This document shows, in pieces, positions 57,820 through 64,000 of a DNA stretch of 64,000 nt; positions within the stretch are counted from its first letter, which is position 1; each line of letters opens with the position of its first letter. Source of the DNA: a virus (taxonomy: Duplodnaviria > Caudoviricetes); the IMG/VR virus record IMGVR_UViG_2657245717_000001, positions 24,080 through 88,079 of that record. One strand, given 5' to 3'. The notes under the pieces were generated by a model, which saw only the letters and a list, made by a program, of their open reading frames with translations, was not told where the DNA came from and did not search any database. Position numbers and translations under genes: made by a program.

Positions 57820-58776
57820 ATGGCCCTGCATCCCACTCCGATCGCGACGACCGGCGCTGAGCACACGGCGCAGCAGTTCCGCATGATGATCAAGGATCTG
57901 GCGCGCGGCAACCAAGGCATCACGTCCGCCACCGACCTTCGTGTCACCGCCCTCGAAACGCCTGGTGCTGGCGTGCAGGTCGGCAACGGCTCGGCGACGA
58001 TCGCGGGAAAGGTCAGCCCCATCCAGGGCCACTACAACGCCTACAACATCGGCGTCGACACGGTGCCGATCTCCTCGACGGGCGGCACGCCCCGCTCCGA
58101 CATGCTGATCCTCCGCGTGGAGGACCCCGAGTACGAGGGCACCCGCGTGCCGGGGGTGGACCCGCTCGTGTTCTGGGATGTCGTCCCCAACGTCAGCAGC
58201 TCGGCGACGACTGTCCCGGCCGGGTACTCGGCGATCCCGCTGGCCCGGATCGACATACCGGCGTCGACCGCGACCATCACCAACTCGATGATCACCGACC
58301 TGCGGCAGATCACCAACCCGCGCCGCGAACGCGTCCTCTACCCCTACTACGCGCAGAACCCGCTCGTCGAGATATCCGGTACCAGTGAAACGTGGAAGAC
58401 GTTCCCGAACGTCATCATGGCCAACATCGCCATCCCCTCCTGGGCGGCCACCGGCAAGGTCGTTTTCACCGCCGGCGGCATCCGCCTCGACGACGGCAAC
58501 GTCTTCGGCGGGTTCCGCTACATGCTCGGGTCTATCTTCGAGGCGGCCGAGTGGGTGTCGATCGACGACAACCAGGGCACCCCGCTCCGTCGCCTCGGCG
58601 CCCTGATGATGGTCGACAACATCAACCTCAAGGGCGTGGTCGGCGCGAGCCTGCGGGGCACCACGCAACCGTTCCGTTCCCGCATGCGGACCCGCGCGGC
58701 CAACAACGGCAAGATCGGTGTGGACGGCGCCACGTCGTTCACCATCGACGTTGAGTTCACCGAGGGCCCCCTGTGA
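57820..58776 (+). CDS. minor tail protein
   Basis: DLRVT...PRSDMLILRVEDPEY...IPLARI...ITDLR. Confidence 0.75.
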   Translation: MALHPTPIATTGAEHTAQQFRMMIKDLARGNQGITSATDLRVTALETPGAGVQVGNGSATIAGKVSPIQGHYNAYNIGVDTVPISSTGGTPRSDMLILRVEDPEYEGTRVPGVDPLVFWDVVPNVSSSATTVPAGYSAIPLARIDIPASTATITNSMITDLRQITNPRRERVLYPYYAQNPLVEISGTSETWKTFPNVIMANIAIPSWAATGKVVFTAGGIRLDDGNVFGGFRYMLGSIFEAAEWVSIDDNQGTPLRRLGALMMVDNINLKGVVGASLRGTTQPFRSRMRTRAANNGKIGVDGATSFTIDVEFTEGPL

Positions 58777-59873
58777 CTGCCCGCAGCAGGTGGCGGTACT
58801 TCACCCGGAACGCCCTCACCGGGGCGGTCCTCCACCCCGCGCTGCCCCTTGCTGAGGTGGAGTTCGGTGCCGAACTCAACGGGCCCGGGTCCCTGTCCGC
58901 GACGCTGTCGCCGCGCTGGGTCAAAGCCAACACCAGCACCCTCGAACCCGGCCTCGCCGAAATCTACGCCGAGGCGGACGGCATGCTCCGCTGGGGCGGC
59001 CTCATCTGGACCGTCGACCCGCAGGACCAGGAGTACCGCATCGAGGCGGCGTCGTGGTCGTCGTACCTCAACCGCCGGCACGACCACCACGGCAACCTCG
59101 ACGGCCGCGGGCCCTACGTCAACCAGGACCCGTGCGTGATCATCCGGGACATCTGGGCGTACGCGCAGGGCCAGCCCGACGGCAACCTCGGCGTTGTCGT
59201 CGACTCCACCACGTCGACCGCCAAGGCGGGCACGCCCAAGGAGCCGTGGAAGAGCTACTGGTACGAGACACCCGTGCTCGGTGACCTCATGGACAACCTC
59301 GTCGACGAGGACGCCGCCCCGCAGTACACGAACCTCTGCAACTACCAGGCCAACGGCACCATCCGGAAGCGCCTCGCGCTCGGCTACCCGCGTCTCGGAG
59401 CCCGCCGCACCGACATCACCTTCCGCACCGGCGTCAACATCGTCTCCGCGCCCGAGGTGACCTACTCGGCCGACGAGTACGCCAACGTCATCATCGCCAC
59501 CGGCTCGGGTGAGGGCTCCTCCACCCGCTTTGCCGTCGACCCTGTCCGCGATGGCAAGCTCCGCCTGGAACACGTCCTGGCGCTGCCCACCGTCAACGGT
59601 GTCGACGTCCTCGGCCGCCGCGCCGCCGCCGAACGGAAACGCCGGCAGGTCATGGGAGAGGTCACCGAGATCACCATCCGGGACCATCCGCATGCGCCGC
59701 TCGGGTCGTGGCAGATCGGCGACGACGTGCAGGTGAGCGTGCACAACGCGTGGACGAGCTGGTCGGGCTGGTGCCGGATCATCGCCGACGCCTACCGGCC
59801 CAGCACCCACCCCGACCAGGCGACGCTCACCCTGCGCCGCGCCGACGCCTACTCGTACGGAGCCGCCTCATGA
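58773..59873 (+). CDS. minor tail / hub protein
   Basis: ELNGPGSL, WGGLIW, LGYPRLG, IGDDVQV. Confidence 0.75.
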   Translation: MTARSRWRYFTRNALTGAVLHPALPLAEVEFGAELNGPGSLSATLSPRWVKANTSTLEPGLAEIYAEADGMLRWGGLIWTVDPQDQEYRIEAASWSSYLNRRHDHHGNLDGRGPYVNQDPCVIIRDIWAYAQGQPDGNLGVVVDSTTSTAKAGTPKEPWKSYWYETPVLGDLMDNLVDEDAAPQYTNLCNYQANGTIRKRLALGYPRLGARRTDITFRTGVNIVSAPEVTYSADEYANVIIATGSGEGSSTRFAVDPVRDGKLRLEHVLALPTVNGVDVLGRRAAAERKRRQVMGEVTEITIRDHPHAPLGSWQIGDDVQVSVHNAWTSWSGWCRIIADAYRPSTHPDQATLTLRRADAYSYGAAS

Positions 59874-62167
59874 CCAGCGTCGACAGCCTCGCCCGGGAGG
59901 TAGCCCGGCTCCGCCGCGAGGTCGCCGAGATGCGTAAGGGGCAGAGGGTCGCGCACGGCGCCACCGTTGAGGACGCCGCCATCGAGGTCCGCGACGACGC
60001 GGGCAGCCTGCGGGCCATCGTCGGGCAGCAGGGCGACGGCACCACCGGCATCCAGGTCGTCAACGGCCCGCCCCCGCCCGAACCGACGCCGCCGATCCTG
60101 ACGAGCGTCCTCGGTGGTGTCGCCACCTCCTGGGACGGCCTGTTCGCAAACGGGGCGGTTATCCCGCTGGACTGGGCGCGCATCGAGGTCCACGTCGCCA
60201 CGGACGACGCCTTCGAGCCGGGCCCGGCGACCCTCGTCACGACGATCGAGACGGCACAGGGCGCCACTGTGATTGTGCCGACCGAGGCGCCGGTGTACGT
60301 GCGGCTGCTGGCCCGCTCCACGTCAGGCACCCCCTCGGTACCGTCCGCGGTAAGCGGTCCAGAGGGGCCGGCGCCGGTCGTGTCGACGGAGCTGCTCGAC
60401 GGCATTGTCACCGAGACGAAGCTCGCCGCGGAGGCCGTAACCGCAGCGAAGATCAAGCTGGGTGCGGTCGGCGCCGACCAGCTCGCCCTCGGCGTCGGTA
60501 ACCTCGCCCCCGACCCGTCGTTCGAAGGACCCCGTACCGCGGCGATCATCGACGGCCTGCCGGACTGGACGCTCGTCACCCCTGGCAGTGACAGCCCGAC
60601 CGCGCTCCACGTCGACTGCACCGCCACCGCCACGGCGTGGAAGAACGTGGAGCTGGCGCGGCTGCCAGTCCTGCCGGGGGAGCGGCACTACCTGGCGCTG
60701 GACTACCGGGTGTCCCCGGACTTCGACGGCGCCGGCGCGAAGGTGTTCTTCCGCTACGAGGACTCGGCCGGCGCGGTTACCGGCTGGGGCGTCGCCGACG
60801 AACCGCCCGTCCTGGGCGGGCCGTGGGCGCGGGTGACGGCGCAGGTGATGGCGCCGCCGGACACGGTCGTCGCAGTGCTCGTGGTGGAAGCCTCTGAGGT
60901 GACGGTGGGGGAGGCGTGGTTCGACAACGTTGAGGTACGCACCCTGGTCGCGGGTGGCATGGTCGCGGCGGGCACGATCACGGCTGCTGAGATCGCCGCA
61001 CTGTCGGTGGAGACCGGACACCTGGTCGCGGAGGCGGTGTCAGCGGAGAAGATCGCCGCTGAGGCGGTCACGGCGGAGAAGATCGCTGCTCTGGCGGTGA
61101 CGACGGACAAGCTCGACGCCAACTCGATCACGGCCGGGAAAATTGCCGCTGGTTCTGTGGACGCTACCGCGCTGGCCGCTGACGCGATCACCGGCAAGAC
61201 CATCACGGGTGGCGAGGTCAACGGCGCCGTCGTGACTGGTGGGCAGCTTCGCACTGCCGCTTCCGGTCAGCGCATCACCCTCAACGAGGGCAACCAGAAC
61301 AAATTCATCCTCTACAACGCCGCCGGAGTGGCCATCGGCGAGATCTCCTACCGGGGCCTCGGCCTCCAGGGCACCAGCGGCGCCCAGATCTGGCTCAACC
61401 CGGAAGCGACCTACCCCTACCTCCGCTTCACGAACGCAGCGCTCACGAACGGCGCAGTCATCAACGTCGTCGAGAACACTCCCGGCTCAGCGAACCTCGG
61501 CATGAACAGCGGCACGTTCACGGGCAGCGGCTACACCAACATGAAGTGGCGCGCTTTCCTGGGGGAGGACTTTTGGGCGGCCGAACGCATCCGCGACAAC
61601 CAGCAGTCCATCATCATCGGCGGCCGAATCCTCATGGACGCCACGTCAGCCATTTTCGGCTACGTCGACACCACCACCACCGGTACCGACGCCACCACCC
61701 GATACAGCCCCGGGGTGATCACGCACCGTGCGCGAGCGAGCATCCAGCCCACCGCCGGCGGCGCGGAAAGCAGTCTCTACGTACAGTCCGGCCCCGGCCA
61801 GACCGGCAACCTCCTGAGCCTCTACAACACCGCCGCTGCTGGCTACCGCATGCAGGTCGACCTCGCCGGAAACGCCAGCATCGCCGGAACCCTCAGCGCG
61901 GGAAACATCGCCACCGGCACCGTGACGATCACCCCGTCGGCCGCCCACACCCCCACCAGCAGCCTGGTCAACTTCCAGGTCACCGGCTCCAACGTCCGCG
62001 CCTTCGTCAGCGCGCAGACCACAGTCCCCGGCGTCCGCACGCCGGTCGGAGCATCCGGCGTCACCGGCGTCGGCGCCTCCTCCATCACCAACAACAGCAT
62101 GTTGGTGTGGGTCAACCGCGAGAACACAACCGCGACAGTCGTCCACTGGATGGTGATTGGATCATGA
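59870..62167 (+). CDS. tail fibre / receptor-binding protein with carbohydrate-binding-like domain
   Basis: AVTAEKIAA repeats, NLAPDPSFE...AWFDNVEV jelly-roll-like segment. Confidence 0.8.
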   Translation: MTSVDSLAREVARLRREVAEMRKGQRVAHGATVEDAAIEVRDDAGSLRAIVGQQGDGTTGIQVVNGPPPPEPTPPILTSVLGGVATSWDGLFANGAVIPLDWARIEVHVATDDAFEPGPATLVTTIETAQGATVIVPTEAPVYVRLLARSTSGTPSVPSAVSGPEGPAPVVSTELLDGIVTETKLAAEAVTAAKIKLGAVGADQLALGVGNLAPDPSFEGPRTAAIIDGLPDWTLVTPGSDSPTALHVDCTATATAWKNVELARLPVLPGERHYLALDYRVSPDFDGAGAKVFFRYEDSAGAVTGWGVADEPPVLGGPWARVTAQVMAPPDTVVAVLVVEASEVTVGEAWFDNVEVRTLVAGGMVAAGTITAAEIAALSVETGHLVAEAVSAEKIAAEAVTAEKIAALAVTTDKLDANSITAGKIAAGSVDATALAADAITGKTITGGEVNGAVVTGGQLRTAASGQRITLNEGNQNKFILYNAAGVAIGEISYRGLGLQGTSGAQIWLNPEATYPYLRFTNAALTNGAVINVVENTPGSANLGMNSGTFTGSGYTNMKWRAFLGEDFWAAERIRDNQQSIIIGGRILMDATSAIFGYVDTTTTGTDATTRYSPGVITHRARASIQPTAGGAESSLYVQSGPGQTGNLLSLYNTAAAGYRMQVDLAGNASIAGTLSAGNIATGTVTITPSAAHTPTSSLVNFQVTGSNVRAFVSAQTTVPGVRTPVGASGVTGVGASSITNNSMLVWVNRENTTATVVHWMVIGS

Positions 62168-62532
62168 CCACCCCTCCGCTCAACCCCGACAAGCAGCCCG
62201 AGGCCCCGGCAACGCCGGACAGCGACGAGCTGCCCTGGAACCCGGACCCGGGCCCGATCGACCCCCCGACGGACCCCGAGCCCACTCCGGAGCCCGAGCC
62301 GGACCCGATACCTGCGCCGCCGCCCATCGAGTGGGAGCCCGCCACCTGGTACTCCATCACCTACGCCTGCCGCAACGCAGGCTGCGCCAACCGGTACAAG
62401 GTCTACTCGGCGCCCGAGTTCTACAGCAACAACGGGCTGCCCGCCTACATCCAGGTCATCGACAGCACCTGCGGGAAGAGGTCGACGATCCTCACCGCCA
62501 CCAAGCTCGACCCCCAGCCAGAAGAAGAGTGA
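62164..62532 (+). CDS. Pro-rich small protein (tail fibre associated)
   Basis: Coupled start; PEPD repeats; CRNAGC...CG. Confidence 0.6.
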   Translation: MTTPPLNPDKQPEAPATPDSDELPWNPDPGPIDPPTDPEPTPEPEPDPIPAPPPIEWEPATWYSITYACRNAGCANRYKVYSAPEFYSNNGLPAYIQVIDSTCGKRSTILTATKLDPQPEEE

Positions 62533-62543
62533 CCCCGAGCAGG

Positions 62544-62573
62544 GGCAACACATCCCGGTCTAGGCCATAGCCT
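62544..62573 (+). promoter_or_regulatory. late promoter GGCAAC-N18-TAGCCT upstream of lysis region
   Basis: Motif match. Confidence 0.7.
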
Positions 62574-62684
62574 GAACCCAGGGCGACCCTCCGCCCCCTG
62601 TGCACCATCCCCCGAGGGACGACCACCACGGTGGTCCGCCGACCACCAGCTCATGGGCGCGGGGAGATCCAGGAGCACGGGCGA

Positions 62685-63506
62685 GTGCCCGACACCACCA
62701 TCCGGCAATACGAAGTAGCAGGCCACCTCGGCCGGCACCAGGTCTTGGACCCGCGCAGCCTCGCCTACCGGCGGCGCTACGACGGGCAGCCGCTCCGCGC
62801 CACGGCGTGGGAGCCGCGCGTCCCGGTCCTCGACCAGCGGAACCTGCACGCCCAGGGCATCCGCACCAGCGTGCACGGTCACGCCGAGGACGTCGACGCG
62901 CTCGCCTCCTGCACCGGCCAGGCTGCCGTTGCTGCCCTGTCCGTGCTCCTCACGCCCGAGCACGCCATCCAGGCCGGGCTCGACACCCGCGACCCCGCCG
63001 CCTGCCAAGAGTTCGCGATCGGCTTGTACTCGCAGGCCACCCACCTCGACCAGTGGCACGACTACGCGTGGCCGTCGCAGGACACCGGCTCGTCCGGCCT
63101 CGGCGTCGCCAAGGCCATGCGGGCGCGTGGGCTGATCGACCAGTACGGGCACGCCACCACCGCCGAGGAACTGTGTGTGCTGCTCCAGACGGGCCCGGTA
63201 CTCCTCGGCATGCCCTGGCACGCGGCGATGTCCGAGCCCGACACGGACGGCTTCATCGACGCCGACCCCGACTGGGCGAGCAGCCCGGTGGAGGGCGGCC
63301 ACGAGGTGTGCGTGACCGCGCTGGAGGCCGTCGCGACGGACGGCGACCAGCTCATGCCGGAGCACACCATCCTCCGCATCCGGAACTCCTGGGGCCGCGG
63401 CTGGGGCGATCACGGTGACGGCCGCCTCCGCCTCAGCACGTACCTCAAGCTCCGCCCCGAGATCGACCTCGTACAGCCCCGCCTCGACGCAAGGACCCGC
63501 CCATGA
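62685..63506 (+). CDS. papain-like (C1) cysteine peptidase
   Basis: VLDQ, ASCTGQA (Cys), GGHEVC (His), RNSWGRGWG (Asn). Confidence 0.85.
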   Translation: MPDTTIRQYEVAGHLGRHQVLDPRSLAYRRRYDGQPLRATAWEPRVPVLDQRNLHAQGIRTSVHGHAEDVDALASCTGQAAVAALSVLLTPEHAIQAGLDTRDPAACQEFAIGLYSQATHLDQWHDYAWPSQDTGSSGLGVAKAMRARGLIDQYGHATTAEELCVLLQTGPVLLGMPWHAAMSEPDTDGFIDADPDWASSPVEGGHEVCVTALEAVATDGDQLMPEHTILRIRNSWGRGWGDHGDGRLRLSTYLKLRPEIDLVQPRLDARTRP

Positions 63507-64000
63507 CCACCTGGCACGTCGCCGTCGACCATGTCGAAGACGACCACATCACCACCACCTACTTCGGCACCTGCGACCAGGCCCACATCGATGAGGTGCG
63601 CGCCATCGCCGACCTCGACGAGTCTGGCCGCATCGTCCGCGAGCACCCCCGCACCCCGGGCGCGTTCTGTGTCCTGCGGGATGACGGCGACCTCGACGTG
63701 TACGTCCCCACGGACGCCGCCGAGTTCCGGGTCTACAACCCCGACCCGCTGCCGAAGTCGCGGAACGAGGGTGGGGACCTCGCGCCGGAGGACGCACAGT
63801 TCGTCCAGACGAAGTCAACCGAGAGCTACGGGGCGGGAGACCTACCCCGCGGCGCGTCCGGGCCCGCCTACGTCGCCGGAGTCACCCGCTTCGGCGGCCA
63901 GTCCATCGGCGGCGCCATGGACACCCCCGGCAACCCGCCCCGCGTCGTCTGGCACACCACCGAGTCCCCCGCCGGCGGCAACTACTTCACGTCGATCGCC
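63503..64000 (+). CDS. endolysin, amidase-type (truncated by window end)
   Basis: Open to the window end; PRVVWHTTE Zn-amidase motif after a ~120-aa N-terminal extension. Confidence 0.7.
   Translation, partial: MTTWHVAVDHVEDDHITTTYFGTCDQAHIDEVRAIADLDESGRIVREHPRTPGAFCVLRDDGDLDVYVPTDAAEFRVYNPDPLPKSRNEGGDLAPEDAQFVQTKSTESYGAGDLPRGASGPAYVAGVTRFGGQSIGGAMDTPGNPPRVVWHTTESPAGGNYFTSIA

Larger units (their letters stand above)
1..64000. mobile_element. Temperate siphovirus / phage-plasmid of an actinomycete (both ends outside window)
   Basis: Full terminase-portal-capsid-tail-lysis cluster plus phage replication genes and a TraB module; no host housekeeping genes seen. Confidence 0.9.

Noticed and set aside
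1-64000. Integrase, att sites, ParAB or protelomerase
   Set aside because: No recognisable motifs in this window, so prophage versus plasmid lifestyle cannot be decided here

Overview
High-GC actinobacterial (Streptomyces-like) temperate siphovirus or phage-plasmid segment. From left to right: (i) 1-11.4 kb, + strand early/accessory genes (RusA, WhiB, SSB, LuxR, NERD, many small ORFs). (ii) 11.7-17.8 kb, - strand: a type III polyketide synthase next to an MmyB-family ligand-binding regulator, and a VUT/YhhQ transporter - DpdA/TGT-like - MazG-like - HIT operon. (iii) 19-25.6 kb: ATP-dependent ligase, DnaB, an iteron-containing replication initiator, a GIY-YIG/GntR fusion and a KorA-like GntR. 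(iv) 25.9-35.4 kb: a Streptomyces plasmid-type transfer/spread module with an FtsK-like TraB. (v) 35.4-40 kb: acidic proteins paired with HTH regulators. (vi) 40.1-64 kb: a complete head-tail morphogenesis cluster, a papain-like peptidase and the start of an amidase endolysin. No integrase is visible in the window. Non-coding structure read directly from the sequence: eight copies of a non-canonical promoter motif GG(C/G)AA(C/T)-N18-YWNNNT, one of them in front of the PKS; two copies of a 33-35 bp palindrome; five tRNA-like intergenic elements; an ACG-bulged hairpin in three late leaders; a dense CGCTCA/TGAGCG array inside a spread gene. Leading hypothesis: a phage-encoded polyketide synthase plus receptor pair wired into the phage promoter programme. 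All family calls come from motif recognition by eye, not from database searches.
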